From: Candidatus Latescibacterota bacterium | Lineage (GTDB): Bacteria > Latescibacterota > UBA2968 > GCA-2709665 | NCBI GenBank assembly: GCA_965219995.1 | Contig: CBDCOX010000002.1 | Location: forward strand, 1,696,001 to 1,760,000 | Reading direction: 5' to 3' | DNA length: 64,000 bases | In this document: positions 1 to 9,879 of the stretch, in pieces | Position numbering within the stretch: the first letter of the stretch is position 1 | How the letters are laid out: the number at the start of each line of letters is the position of its first letter | Notes under the pieces: model-generated | What the model saw: the letters and a program-made list of their open reading frames with translations, nothing else | Told to the model about the DNA's origin: nothing | Databases searched by the model: none | Position numbers and translations under genes: made by a program

Positions 1-115
1 CGGGCGCGTCCGTGGCGGGCAGTGCGAGTGACTTTCGCGCCCGCCGGAACGTCGTCAACTCCTCGCAAAGAGACGGCATGACCCGTCCGTCTTCGCTGTA
101 ATACAATCGGCTCAT
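1..115 (-). CDS. N-terminal part of a hypothetical protein running off the window edge
   Basis: ATG at 115 preceded by purine-rich AGAGAGAGG; open to base 1 (MSRLYYSEDGRVMPSLCEE...); same strand as the upstream operon. Confidence 0.55.
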   Translation of the reverse strand, partial: MSRLYYSEDGRVMPSLCEELTTFRRARKSLALPATDAP

Positions 116-226
116 CGGGGCCTCTCTCTTTGTACCTGCCGCATGGGGCCGCAGGAAACTGCGCGCAGACCCAAAACCTGACGTCTCTCTCCATCGAACG
201 CAGTGACAGTTGCCGGATCCCCGCGT

Positions 227-1129
227 CTATTTTCCAATGTATTCCGGAAAAGCAGGTTTCCAGTTTTCGTAGATGATGTTGTGGATCACTTCATCCGGAA
301 CCTTTGGAAAATTCGTCCCTTCCACCACGTCGTTTATCTTCCACTGGCCGGCAATCACCTGCGCCGCCGTGGCCGATGGAAAATCGGACCCGAAAATCAG
401 TTTGTGTTCCACGCCGTATTCGATGGCCGACATGAAGGCCTGGTAGTGCCGCCGGGGCCGGTAGTGAAGCGCCGACACGTTGGTGTAGAGATTGGGGTGC
501 TTTCGAATCAGCACCACGCACTCATCCTCCCAGGGATGCCCCATGTGGGAAATGACGATGCGAAGATCCGGACACGCGATTGCAATGTCTTCGAGTTGAA
601 TCGGATTCGCGTACTTCAACGGACCGGTCCGGACGAACGAGGTGCCCTGATGGATGTTCAGCGGAATGCCGAGCGATTCCGCCTTTTTGAAGAACGGCAG
701 GTGCCGGGGATCCCGGGGGTCCCAGTTCTGGTAGATCGGCGCCACCTTCAACCCCCGCAGCCCGAGGTTCTCTACACAATGCACCAGCTGATCGATGCAA
801 TCCGCATCGTTCGGATTGACCGAACCCCATCCGTAAAACCGGTCCGGATGGTCATTCACGAATGCGGCCACCAGGTCCTGGGGTACGTCGATTCCCACGT
901 GCGGCGCCCGCAGACCGAACACGATCACCCGGTCGCAATCCTCGGTGGCCGCCAGCAGCTGCTCGGGCCTGGCGTCGAATGCATTGCGTTCGTCGCGGGC
1001 GTCGTCGGCGAAATACACGTCGGGCGACAACCGCATCTTTGCCTTCTTGGCGGCAAGCGCGGACTCGACAAACTCATCCGACAGGTGGTCCGGATACCAC
1101 AGTAAATTGGTATGGGTGTCGAAAAGCAT
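227..1129 (-). CDS. Amidohydrolase family protein (Amidohydro_2 TIM barrel)
   Basis: N-terminal DTHTN, GLRGLK, IHQG, ISHMGHPW, LIFGSDFP motifs. Confidence 0.85.
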   Translation of the reverse strand: MLFDTHTNLLWYPDHLSDEFVESALAAKKAKMRLSPDVYFADDARDERNAFDARPEQLLAATEDCDRVIVFGLRAPHVGIDVPQDLVAAFVNDHPDRFYGWGSVNPNDADCIDQLVHCVENLGLRGLKVAPIYQNWDPRDPRHLPFFKKAESLGIPLNIHQGTSFVRTGPLKYANPIQLEDIAIACPDLRIVISHMGHPWEDECVVLIRKHPNLYTNVSALHYRPRRHYQAFMSAIEYGVEHKLIFGSDFPSATAAQVIAGQWKINDVVEGTNFPKVPDEVIHNIIYENWKPAFPEYIGK

Positions 1130-1163
1130 GACCTGCCCCCATTGGCCGCACGGATGGAGAATT

Positions 1164-2750
1164 CTACTCCAGGAACCGCCTCAGCACGTTGCCGGTGATC
1201 CTGGACAGTGCATCGCTGACCAGAAGCGAGCTGATATATGTGATCGACCCCGTCGAAAAGACGGCGCCGCCACCGTCCGGCTCGTGAATGACCATGTGGG
1301 CGCCTCCGTCGTTGTCGTTCATCCCTTTGGCAAGCAGCTCGACGTTTTCCGGCGAAAATCTGGATGAGATCTTGTCGGTTTCGTGCCCGGACGCTCCGCC
1401 CGGAATTCGCATGTGCAGGTACTCCCTGCCGAAGAGTTCCCCGTCGCCGAGGCCCGTGCCCTCGTATGCCCAGTGGCCGGAGTCGACGACCCTGTATGGC
1501 GCGGCGGTCATGATGCCGGCATCGGTAAACACCACCCCGAGCAGGTTGGCCTCGGACTCCTGGCGCATATGCATGCGGCTTTCAAATCCACCGTCCCGCT
1601 GCTGGCGCCGGTTGCCGTTCCGGACGATCATCGACTCCTCGTCCACGAATTCCACCTCACAGTTCAACCCGTTTCCGCCCAGATACATCAGCCTGCCGCC
1701 ACGGTTGAATACCCAGTCCTTCACCTCGTAATACATCTTGCTGGACCAGTATTCGGGATGGGGTCCCAGGATCAATACCGCGTAGTCGTCCAGGTTCAGC
1801 GCGTCGAAATGCAACTGGGTTTCCGAATAAAGGTCGTATTCGAACCCCTCGCGTTCCAGCCACCCCAGCAACCGCCATTCCGCCGGCGCGACGTGATTGG
1901 CTGCCCGGCCCTCGATCGGATCGGTTACCTGCTCGTCCTCCGGTACGACATTGATCGGCTCCGGACGTTCGAAGGACAGCGGCAGGTATTCCTCCGCATC
2001 GTAATTGATATGCTCCGGGTCGGTGTAGCGCTTCAACTCCAGCCGGGCATTGATGGTGGGTGTGGGAGGCATCCTGTCCGGATGAATATAGTTGCTGCGA
2101 CCTCCGAAGTTGTTATAGCAGTTCCAGTTGATGTCTGACGCCAGCACGGCCACCTTCGCCCCCGGCTTTGCGGGCGCCACAACCCACGGAAACGAGAAAA
2201 ACAGTCCGGACTCCGATCTTGCGTGAAAGTAGTAAAGGCCGGACCGCCCGGGCGCTGCGACAAGCTGTTTGTGACCGGGGCTGGTATATCCGAACCTGTT
2301 CCACTGCGCGCCTGCCTGCGTATAGTCGCCGTCGGGAGTCAGCTGGACGGTGGCCCTGGGCCCGTGCTCGTCGTACCACCCGATCGGGCGAATGAGCTCC
2401 TTCTTCCATCCGTAGCGCCACAACTCCAATTTATACGGTTCGTGTGAATGCACGCGAAACTCGGACCGGTCGCCCGACTTGACGCACTTGGGCCAGACGT
2501 AGCCCATCAGACAGTCCTTCAGCAGACGAAACTGATGGGGTTCATCCGGCTTGACTTCCACGTCGACGATTTTCGACCCGTACCCGTCGCGAGCCAGAAT
2601 CACCCGATGCCGCCCCGGCGTCACGTCCGCATAGACCGCACCCGATGCCGCCGAACGGGCCGACACCGCGTTGCCCGACGGGTCCCGGAACTCCAGAGCC
2701 ACGTCGGAAAGGGCGATATAGCGCTCGTCACTCACGTAACCCACCAGCAT
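1164..2750 (-). CDS. N,N-dimethylformamidase large-subunit-like protein with N-terminal carboxypeptidase-regulatory-like beta domain
   Basis: SGLYY, NCYNNFGG, LSFERP, WLEREG, GPHPEYWS, YLGGN, GHETD motifs of the DMFase beta-subunit family. Confidence 0.8.
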   Translation of the reverse strand: MLVGYVSDERYIALSDVALEFRDPSGNAVSARSAASGAVYADVTPGRHRVILARDGYGSKIVDVEVKPDEPHQFRLLKDCLMGYVWPKCVKSGDRSEFRVHSHEPYKLELWRYGWKKELIRPIGWYDEHGPRATVQLTPDGDYTQAGAQWNRFGYTSPGHKQLVAAPGRSGLYYFHARSESGLFFSFPWVVAPAKPGAKVAVLASDINWNCYNNFGGRSNYIHPDRMPPTPTINARLELKRYTDPEHINYDAEEYLPLSFERPEPINVVPEDEQVTDPIEGRAANHVAPAEWRLLGWLEREGFEYDLYSETQLHFDALNLDDYAVLILGPHPEYWSSKMYYEVKDWVFNRGGRLMYLGGNGLNCEVEFVDEESMIVRNGNRRQQRDGGFESRMHMRQESEANLLGVVFTDAGIMTAAPYRVVDSGHWAYEGTGLGDGELFGREYLHMRIPGGASGHETDKISSRFSPENVELLAKGMNDNDGGAHMVIHEPDGGGAVFSTGSITYISSLLVSDALSRITGNVLRRFLE

Positions 2751-2824
2751 ATCTCACTCCCCCTTGATGGTTCTCCGCCGCGAGTTCTTTCTGTCCAGCC
2801 GTGACCCGCGGACGGTCTCAACGC

Positions 2825-4225
2825 TCAGTCACGGTACCCCGGCGGATGCGATGCATGCCAGTCCGTCGCCTGTTCATACGCATAGGCCAGCCGGAGAATC
2901 GTCGCTTCGTCGTAAGGCTTGCCCGTCAGCTGCAGTCCCACCGGAAGCCCGTTCGAAGTAAACCCGCAGGGTACGGATACCGCGCACAGGCCCAGCCAGT
3001 TGACCAGCCGCGTAAGCAGACGCGTCGGCTCCCCGCGGTCCAGATCGCGCAGGCGCGGCGCGGAACTCAACATCGTGGGACCGGCGACGGCCTCGACGTC
3101 GGCCAGACGTGCCGCCGACGTGCGCATCATCCCGGCGCGTTTGCGCTGAATCCCGGCCAGATCGACCGCAAGCAGTCCCGGCTCGACCTCGAGACGCGCG
3201 CGGACCACGGGCCCGAACGAATCCGGCGCGTCTCTCAACGCCTCGCGGTGGACAGAGACCGCCTCGGTCCTAAGAAGCCTGAGGTTGTCTTCCTCTCTTT
3301 CGGCCTGCACCGCCTCGGGAAACGGCATTTCCCTGACGTCAACGCCCAGACCGGCCAGGACTCGGATGGCGTCCTCCACAAGGGAGACGACCTCCGGGTC
3401 CGCGCCGCTGAAGAAGGGCTCTCGGACCACCGCCATACGAAGGCCACCGACGTCCTTCTTCAGCATGCCCACGACGTCGCCTACCGGCAGATCGAGGGCC
3501 GTGGAGTCTTCGACGTCGGCACCCGCGATCGCCGTATACATCATCGCGGCGTCCTCGACGCATCTGGCCATCGGGCCGATCGTGTCCAGCGTCCAGGAAA
3601 GCGGCATCACGCCTGCGGTACCGATACGGCCCGTTGTGGTCTTGAGGCCGACGACGCCGCAGTACGCCGCGGGAATCCGTACCGAGCCCCCGGTATCCGT
3701 TCCGATGGCCGCTGCGGCCAGACCGGCAGCGACGGCCACGCCGGACCCGCTGCTGGATCCGCCCGGAACCCTCTCGGGATCCCACGGATTCGGAGGCGTT
3801 CCAAAATGCAGATTGATGCCGAAAGGACCGAACGCGTATTCGACGAGATTCGTCTTGCCCAGCAACACCGCGCCTGCACGCGAAAGCCGCTTCGCTACCG
3901 TAGAGGTTCGCGCCGGCACATAGTCCTTACGCGCCCGGGCTCCCGACGTCGTTCGAATGCCCGCGGTATCGCAAAGGTCCTTCAACGCAATCGGAACGCC
4001 GTGCATCGGTCCGAAGTCGTTCCCCGACCGGAGGGCCAGTTCCGCCGCCTTCGCGTCCGCCCGCGCGCGGTCCGCCGTTACGGTAATGAACGCGTTCGTC
4101 CCTGGCTGATAGCGATGGATTCGCTCCAGGTACGCTTCCGTTACCGCTACGGGCGAGAGGTGTCCGCCGCGGTACAGCGCGGCGAGTTCCGTCGCCGTCA
4201 GAAAATGAAGCGCTTGTTCCGCCAT
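2825..4225 (-). CDS. Amidase-signature family protein
   Basis: GVPIALKD, GGSSSGS, GTDTGGSVRIPAA (Lys-cisSer-Ser triad); no gatB/gatC nearby so probably catabolic. Confidence 0.9.
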   Translation of the reverse strand: MAEQALHFLTATELAALYRGGHLSPVAVTEAYLERIHRYQPGTNAFITVTADRARADAKAAELALRSGNDFGPMHGVPIALKDLCDTAGIRTTSGARARKDYVPARTSTVAKRLSRAGAVLLGKTNLVEYAFGPFGINLHFGTPPNPWDPERVPGGSSSGSGVAVAAGLAAAAIGTDTGGSVRIPAAYCGVVGLKTTTGRIGTAGVMPLSWTLDTIGPMARCVEDAAMMYTAIAGADVEDSTALDLPVGDVVGMLKKDVGGLRMAVVREPFFSGADPEVVSLVEDAIRVLAGLGVDVREMPFPEAVQAEREEDNLRLLRTEAVSVHREALRDAPDSFGPVVRARLEVEPGLLAVDLAGIQRKRAGMMRTSAARLADVEAVAGPTMLSSAPRLRDLDRGEPTRLLTRLVNWLGLCAVSVPCGFTSNGLPVGLQLTGKPYDEATILRLAYAYEQATDWHASHPPGYRD

Positions 4226-4273
4226 AGCCGAGGGTTCATCGATCGGGTAATCCGCATGGGTCGCATCTCGTCG

Positions 4274-4609
4274 TTAACAGCCCGGTCCCCTGATCTCATG
4301 TCGAGCAACCTTCTCCGGTAGCAGACCGCGTGCGAATCCGTCGGGATCGGCCCGATGGCCCTCGACGAGTTTCCGGATCTCTTCCAGCACCCGTTCCCGG
4401 TCGTACAGTCCGTAACGGTAGATGTCGATGGGGCCGATCAGCTTCAGATAGAAATGGTTTCCCGCGTCGTGTTCTTCTGCGCATGCGCTTGGTTTTTGCG
4501 CAGTCTCCAGTTGTTCTTCAAACGCGTCCGCGAACGCCGCCAGCAGGGGCTCACCGTGCAGATCGGCCGGGACCTCCGGGAACCGGGCCACCAGCTCCTG
4601 AACCGTCAT
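4274..4609 (-). CDS. Hypothetical protein
   Basis: MTVQELVARF start with AGGAGG RBS; protein-like composition; same strand as neighbours. Confidence 0.65.
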   Translation of the reverse strand: MTVQELVARFPEVPADLHGEPLLAAFADAFEEQLETAQKPSACAEEHDAGNHFYLKLIGPIDIYRYGLYDRERVLEEIRKLVEGHRADPDGFARGLLPEKVARHEIRGPGC

Positions 4610-5015
4610 CCGTTGCCTCCTTTCCTGTCTCCCGCAGTAATTCATCGGGAATCCGCTTGCGTCCCTGATAGCCTTCCATGGGACCGTGATAATGCGTTAC
4701 CCGCTCCTCATCGCTCCGCCAGCAGAGCAACACTTCCTCGCCGTTGATCACGGCGGGAAAATCCACCAGGCCGAGGTTGAAATTCGGGTCCTTATAGGAA
4801 CACCCGATGGCCTCCAGTTCCTCGAAGAATTCATTCAATGACGCAATCAGTTTCCTGATCTCCGCATCGTCGGCCGCGGCCGGCCCCAGTTCCCCGGCAA
4901 GCTGACGCAAACGGCGCCCCGAAACCTGGATATCGGCGACAATCCTCTTCACCAGCGGCAACGTCCGGTTGGCCTCCACAGGCGTGAAAACCCTGATCTC
5001 TTTCATCGGCGCCAT
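4551..5015 (-). CDS. DUF2203 family protein
   Basis: FTxxEANxxLP, GLVDFPA, LCWR, G-Y-x-GR motifs. Confidence 0.85.
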   Translation of the reverse strand: MAPMKEIRVFTPVEANRTLPLVKRIVADIQVSGRRLRQLAGELGPAAADDAEIRKLIASLNEFFEELEAIGCSYKDPNFNLGLVDFPAVINGEEVLLCWRSDEERVTHYHGPMEGYQGRKRIPDELLRETGKEATDDGSGAGGPVPGGPGRSAR

Positions 5016-5019
5016 CCCC

Positions 5020-6087
5020 TCACGACGCTTCGCGCTGCGCGCCGGTATCCGCCGGTTGACCGTCAGGGCCGGCCACGGCGCCGGCCACGAAATCGTCCAG
5101 GCGTATCAAAGCGCCGCCGGCGGAGGCGGACGCATTGGCTCCCAAGACCGCGGCCAGACTGTTCAGCGCCTGCCCGTACCCGTTCCGCAGTCCGGACGCG
5201 TCGCCAGAACGGATCGCGTCCACGAATGCCCTCGCCTGGCCGGCGAACGGATTGTCCCTGTCCGGGAGTTCGAAAATCGTCTCTCCGTTCTCCACGACCC
5301 TTTCGGCGGACCATTCCAGCAGCGAATCGTCGCACACCACCAGCACTTCCCTCCGGGACGCATTGACGTTCGTCAGCACGCGCGAGGTCGTTACGCTGGC
5401 GACGACGCCGCTTTCGAAGCGGTAATTCACATCGTACACGTGGGGCAGGTTGATAGGCTCCGGCCCTTCTCCGGGCTTGCGATAATGATAAAACGCAGAA
5501 ACCTCCGTGACGTCACCGAGGAAAAACCGGAGCAGATCCACCATGTGGATCGTATTCTCGACGAACGATCCGCCGCACAGCTCGAAACGGCTCGTCCAGT
5601 AGCGGATATGCGCGCCGCTGTATAGCAGTTGAACCAGCGCATGTCTCGGAGTCCGGTCCGATATCCGATCCCGGATGAACGCTGCGGTCGCGTAATAGCG
5701 GCTCATGAAGCCGACCTGAGACGGAACCCCCGACCTGCGGATCGCCTCGCTGAACCGGACGGCCTGCGCGATATCCAGGGTTTGGGGTTTCTCCACCAGG
5801 ACAGGGATCCCTTTTTCCGCGGCAATCAGCTCGGCATCCGTATGCAGGGTAGGTGGAATGCATATATAGACGCCGTCCAGGTCCTCTTTCTCGAACATTT
5901 CACGATGGTCCGAATATACGGCATTCGCCCCGAAGGCCCGCGCCTGACCGGCGGCCGTTTCCTCGTCCGCGTCGCAGAACGCCTGAAACACCACCAGACC
6001 CTTACCCGCCAGTTCGGCCAGGGGCGGGAGATGGGCATTGACCGTAATGTAACCCAGACCGATAAAGCCGAGTCGCGCGGCTTCCAT
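5020..6087 (-). CDS. Gfo/Idh/MocA family oxidoreductase
   Basis: GFIGLG Rossmann start, VLVEKP, ENTIHMVD; start moved to MEAARL behind GGAGG. Confidence 0.9.
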   Translation of the reverse strand: MEAARLGFIGLGYITVNAHLPPLAELAGKGLVVFQAFCDADEETAAGQARAFGANAVYSDHREMFEKEDLDGVYICIPPTLHTDAELIAAEKGIPVLVEKPQTLDIAQAVRFSEAIRRSGVPSQVGFMSRYYATAAFIRDRISDRTPRHALVQLLYSGAHIRYWTSRFELCGGSFVENTIHMVDLLRFFLGDVTEVSAFYHYRKPGEGPEPINLPHVYDVNYRFESGVVASVTTSRVLTNVNASRREVLVVCDDSLLEWSAERVVENGETIFELPDRDNPFAGQARAFVDAIRSGDASGLRNGYGQALNSLAAVLGANASASAGGALIRLDDFVAGAVAGPDGQPADTGAQREAS

Positions 6088-6088
6088 G

Positions 6089-6985
6089 CTAAGCCTCCTC
6101 GATCTTCCGGACGAGGTCCGGCGGGAGGTACTCGCCGTCCGAAACCGATGCGCACATTTCCAGCTCATCCGGATCGGATGCCCCGCAAAGCAGCAACGAC
6201 ACCCGCGGGTCCGAAAGCAGATAACGAAGCGCCAGGCTCACGATACCCGCCGGTTCGTCCGCGAGCAATGCCTCCACGCGGCGCAGCCTGGCGTGCAACT
6301 CGCGGAAACGTCCATTTTCAACGAACCGGTCGCGCCTGGAACCCAGGAGACCGCCGTGCAGGGGGGAAGCGGCGATGACGGCCACGTCCTCCGCCGCCGC
6401 GACAGGAACGAGAACATCCCTGGCTTCCTGCGTCAGCAAGTCGTATTTGCAGAACGTGATCACAGAGACGAATTCGTCCGTCTCCTGGAGGATTTCACTC
6501 ATCAATGACAGGTCGGACCCGGTCAATCCGATATGTTCCGCAAGCCCCTGAGAACGGATATCCAACAGCGTCTCCAGGGTGCGTTCGGTTCCGAAAATGC
6601 CGTCCCAGCCGGCCTGCTCCGCTTCATGTACCTGCAGCAGATCCACACGATCCCGCCGCAGACGCTTCAGACTGCCTTCGAATCCGCGCCAGATCACGTC
6701 CCGGGTATAGTCGAACGGCTCAGGATAATAACCCACCTTTGTCGCCAGATAGTGCGGTTCCGTCACGCCCTCCAGGGCAAGCCCCAGAACCTCCTCGCTT
6801 CGTCCCTTTCCGTATAGAGGCGCCGTATCGAAATAACTCACGCCCAGCTCGAGCGCGCGTTCAACCATCTTGACCCCGTGCGCGTCGGGCAGCAGGCCCT
6901 CCTCGGGCCGGCCGTAAAACCACGAACCGCCCAACCCCACCTCGCTCACGTGCCATCCGGTTCTGCCAAAACGCCGGTACCGCAT
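6089..6985 (-). CDS. Aldo/keto reductase
   Basis: FDTAPLYG, SEEVLG, LATK, SLKRL, DLLQVH, SPLHGGLL. Confidence 0.9.
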   Translation of the reverse strand: MRYRRFGRTGWHVSEVGLGGSWFYGRPEEGLLPDAHGVKMVERALELGVSYFDTAPLYGKGRSEEVLGLALEGVTEPHYLATKVGYYPEPFDYTRDVIWRGFEGSLKRLRRDRVDLLQVHEAEQAGWDGIFGTERTLETLLDIRSQGLAEHIGLTGSDLSLMSEILQETDEFVSVITFCKYDLLTQEARDVLVPVAAAEDVAVIAASPLHGGLLGSRRDRFVENGRFRELHARLRRVEALLADEPAGIVSLALRYLLSDPRVSLLLCGASDPDELEMCASVSDGEYLPPDLVRKIEEA

Positions 6986-7070
6986 CCAGATTCCGTCCTG
7001 TCCGGATTCTTCGAACCCGCATTGGTTCGCAACCGCGGAAATTCATGCGGAGAAACCGTACCCTGTGTTC

Positions 7071-7778
7071 TCATCGAACGTCTCGATAGAGACGGCTGAG
7101 CCATTTGTCCGAAACCGAACAAAGGTAAAGGATTCGAATCGTCCACATCCATATGACCGACGTGACGACACCCCATCGACGCCATCGGCGAGTGGACGTG
7201 AGGACGCTGCCGTCAAGCAGGACGAATCGACCCAGTTTGCTGACCGCGGCGCAGAACTCCGAATCCTCGAACAGCGCCACCTCGGGAAAACCGGCCACCC
7301 GGTTGAAAACGGAACGCCGGACGTAGATTCCCTGGTCTCCGTACGTCACCCCCAGAACCCTTGACCGCATCGTGGAAAGCAAGGCGATCGTGCGGAACAT
7401 CCAGGTATCCTCGGAGAGCCCCAACCGGAACCGGCCGCCCACCACATCCGTTTTCTCAAGCGACTCAAGGATCATCCGGATGCCGCCGGCGGGCAGAAAC
7501 GTATCGGCGTGCAGGAACAGCAGTACGTCCCCCGAGGACGACCTCGCCCCGCGGTTCATCTGTACGGATCGACACGACATCGGCGACGTTACCAGCCGGA
7601 CTGTCCCGGTTGCCCGGACTCGCTCCCGCGTTCCGTCGCAACTGCCCCCGTCGACCACGATCACTTCAACATTCCGTTGTCCGCGGAACTGAGCCAGGCA
7701 CCTGTCTATCGCGTCCGCTTCATTGACAACGGGAATAATGACACTTACCTGCAACGGACTCTCGCGAGAAGAACTCAA
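7071..7778 (-). CDS. Glycosyltransferase family 2, TIGR04283-like
   Basis: SVIIPVVNE, VVDGGS, QMNRGA, LFLHADT, YGDQGI, FEDSE, STRRW; probable TTG start overlapping the upstream TGA. Confidence 0.85.
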   Translation of the reverse strand: MSSSRESPLQVSVIIPVVNEADAIDRCLAQFRGQRNVEVIVVDGGSCDGTRERVRATGTVRLVTSPMSCRSVQMNRGARSSSGDVLLFLHADTFLPAGGIRMILESLEKTDVVGGRFRLGLSEDTWMFRTIALLSTMRSRVLGVTYGDQGIYVRRSVFNRVAGFPEVALFEDSEFCAAVSKLGRFVLLDGSVLTSTRRWRRWGVVTSVIWMWTIRILYLCSVSDKWLSRLYRDVR

Positions 7779-8356
7779 CCTGCGGCGCCATGCCTTTGCA
7801 TCAGAAACCTGCGCGCGTAGCTTACGGTCGAAACCAGCAGAAGCACGCCCGACAGGTAGAGAAACGGAACCTTCAGCAACTGCGTATCCATCGCGTAGGC
7901 AATCAGAAGCACACTCATCGCACAGGTGGTCAGCTTGCCCCAGATATTGGAAGAGAGCACGACGCGTTCCCGTGCGATCAGGAACACCCCGGCCAGCACG
8001 ATCGAGATATCGCGTCCCACGATTACTACAACCACCCAGAGGGGCAGCCCCTTGACCAGCGCCAGCATGATGGCGATCGCATCGATCGCCACCTTGTCGG
8101 CCAGCGGATCCAGGATCGTCCCCCAGCGCGTCACGGTTCTCAGGCGCCTTGCGAGGTATCCGTCCAGAATATCGGTGATAATCATCACCATGACAACCGA
8201 GAACAGGATCCACTTAACCGACGGCCCCATCCAGATCAACCAGAGTACGGGCCCCGTCAACGCAGCCCGGAGCAGGCTGAGGCTGTTTGAAATCGTCCAG
8301 AACGGATTGACCGAACGATCCTCGAAGGACCTGGATGAGCGAGCGTCTTCACTCAT
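7775..8356 (-). CDS. CDP-alcohol phosphatidyltransferase (PgsA-like)
   Basis: NSLSLLR, TDILDGYLAR...G..LDPLADK signature; hydrophobic helices. Confidence 0.9.
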   Translation of the reverse strand: MSEDARSSRSFEDRSVNPFWTISNSLSLLRAALTGPVLWLIWMGPSVKWILFSVVMVMIITDILDGYLARRLRTVTRWGTILDPLADKVAIDAIAIMLALVKGLPLWVVVVIVGRDISIVLAGVFLIARERVVLSSNIWGKLTTCAMSVLLIAYAMDTQLLKVPFLYLSGVLLLVSTVSYARRFLMQRHGAAG

Positions 8357-9012
8357 CGTTCCGCTTGTTCGCCCGGTGAGAGCACCACACCACCCATATT
8401 GGCCAATTCACAGAACGCGTCCTGCGCGGGCCCCCACGTGGTCAGATGATAGCTCCCGTCCGGCGTTTTCTGGCTTCGGGTGAAGTTCGCGAAGATGCAC
8501 GACATTCCGTCGTGCTCCCTCCGGCTTACACGCGGTACTCCCGCCCAGGGGATGGCCAACCGCGCGCACCACCGCCCGCTCGCATCGATTTCCTCAACCG
8601 ACCACTCCAGCCCGGGTACGTCGAATTTCGACATCGCCCGCCAGTCTGTCTCCTTCTCGTCCGGGAAGTACAGATCCAGAACCGCACCGAGGGGGTTTAC
8701 CTCAATTTCGTAGTATCCTCCGCCCGCTCGGAGGAAGACCTCCACCGCGCATTCGTTGAAGAGATCCTGGTCCCGCGCCCTCATTGTCACGGGAACCGGA
8801 GACGGATCGGAGACGAGGCACACGTAAAGGGCCTGCTCGTCCCAGAGCGCCGATGCTTCGAGGAAGAAACCGGGCGGGTCGTCGTCCGTACCGAGCAGAT
8901 GGAATGCCCGGTTGATCCTGCCTGCAAGCTCCCACGCTGTCCCGGTGGTCGTCCCGTCCAGTGGCGGCGGGGCGGAAACGTATCTGCAGCAGTAAACGGG
9001 TCGCTCTCTCAT
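8353..9012 (-). CDS. Carbohydrate-binding family 9-like (DOMON-like) protein
   Basis: PxLDG, LWDEQALYV, VEVFL, YYEIEVNPLG, IPW motifs; start chosen at MRERPV. Confidence 0.75.
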   Translation of the reverse strand: MRERPVYCCRYVSAPPPLDGTTTGTAWELAGRINRAFHLLGTDDDPPGFFLEASALWDEQALYVCLVSDPSPVPVTMRARDQDLFNECAVEVFLRAGGGYYEIEVNPLGAVLDLYFPDEKETDWRAMSKFDVPGLEWSVEEIDASGRWCARLAIPWAGVPRVSRREHDGMSCIFANFTRSQKTPDGSYHLTTWGPAQDAFCELANMGGVVLSPGEQAER

Positions 9013-9097
9013 TGCGGATCCCTTCGCTGATACAAGGCTACATTCCACAGCTCGTTCAGGCCGCATGACACGGCCGCCGCCACCTGCCGCGGGACCG

Positions 9098-9853
9098 TCA
9101 CGGGGCTTGATTCGATGCCGGTCGGCGGGTCCCCCGGTCACCACGGGAATGCGATATTGCAACCAGGTGTGCGAACACGCGGTCCCACACCGTGCCGGGC
9201 AGCGCTTCGGGGTGAAACTGAACGCCGATGATGCGTCCATCTTCCGTCTCGACCCCTTCGATGACTCCATCCTCGCTTACCGCATTCACGCGGAGTCCGG
9301 CCCCGGGCCCCTCGATGGCCTGGATATGCGAGCTGTTCACCTCCAGCGCATCGCCCCGCCGGCCCGTCAGCCGTGCGAGCCAGGTATCTTCCATCGTCAT
9401 CACATCGTGCCGTACGGGACGCCCTCCCGTGCGCCTGGCGGAGTGGGCGCGTTTGCCGAGCTGGACCTGCAGGTCCGCGTATATCGCGCCGTCGAACCGG
9501 GCATTGATGAACTGCATGCCGTAGCAGATTCCCAGGATGGGCAGATCCCGTTCCCGGGCGTAGCGGTAGGACCAGGCATCCGTCCGGGCACGGATCGGGT
9601 CGACGGGCGGCAGGTCGTCGGGAAGCGCGCCGATCAACCCGTCCGTTACGCCGGGACCGCCCGTAATGATCAGTCCGTCGATCAGACCCAGCACCGGCGC
9701 AAGCGCTTCCCGGCTCTCGACCATGGGCAGTATCACCGGACAACCCCCGGCCCGCTCCACCGCGCTCACGTATGCGCGCCCGACCTCCTGGCGGGATCCG
9801 CCGCCGTCCGACGTCCTGACGCTCGTGGTAATGCCGATTACCGGCCGTGACAC
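9098..9853 (-). CDS. Peptidase C26 / gamma-glutamyl-GABA hydrolase (PuuD-like) glutamine amidotransferase
   Basis: PVIGIT, GLIITGG, PILGICYGMQ, VNSSHIQA, GVQFHPE; GTG start at 9853. Confidence 0.88.
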   Translation of the reverse strand: MSRPVIGITTSVRTSDGGGSRQEVGRAYVSAVERAGGCPVILPMVESREALAPVLGLIDGLIITGGPGVTDGLIGALPDDLPPVDPIRARTDAWSYRYARERDLPILGICYGMQFINARFDGAIYADLQVQLGKRAHSARRTGGRPVRHDVMTMEDTWLARLTGRRGDALEVNSSHIQAIEGPGAGLRVNAVSEDGVIEGVETEDGRIIGVQFHPEALPGTVWDRVFAHLVAISHSRGDRGTRRPASNQAP

Positions 9854-9879
9854 GCGATTCTCCAGTCGTTTCGTCGGCC

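Noticed and set aside
203-4321. Long plus-strand ORFs mirroring minus-strand genes (also 42058-43245, 48762-49958 and others)
   Set aside because: Typical antisense shadow ORFs of high-GC codon usage, without motifs
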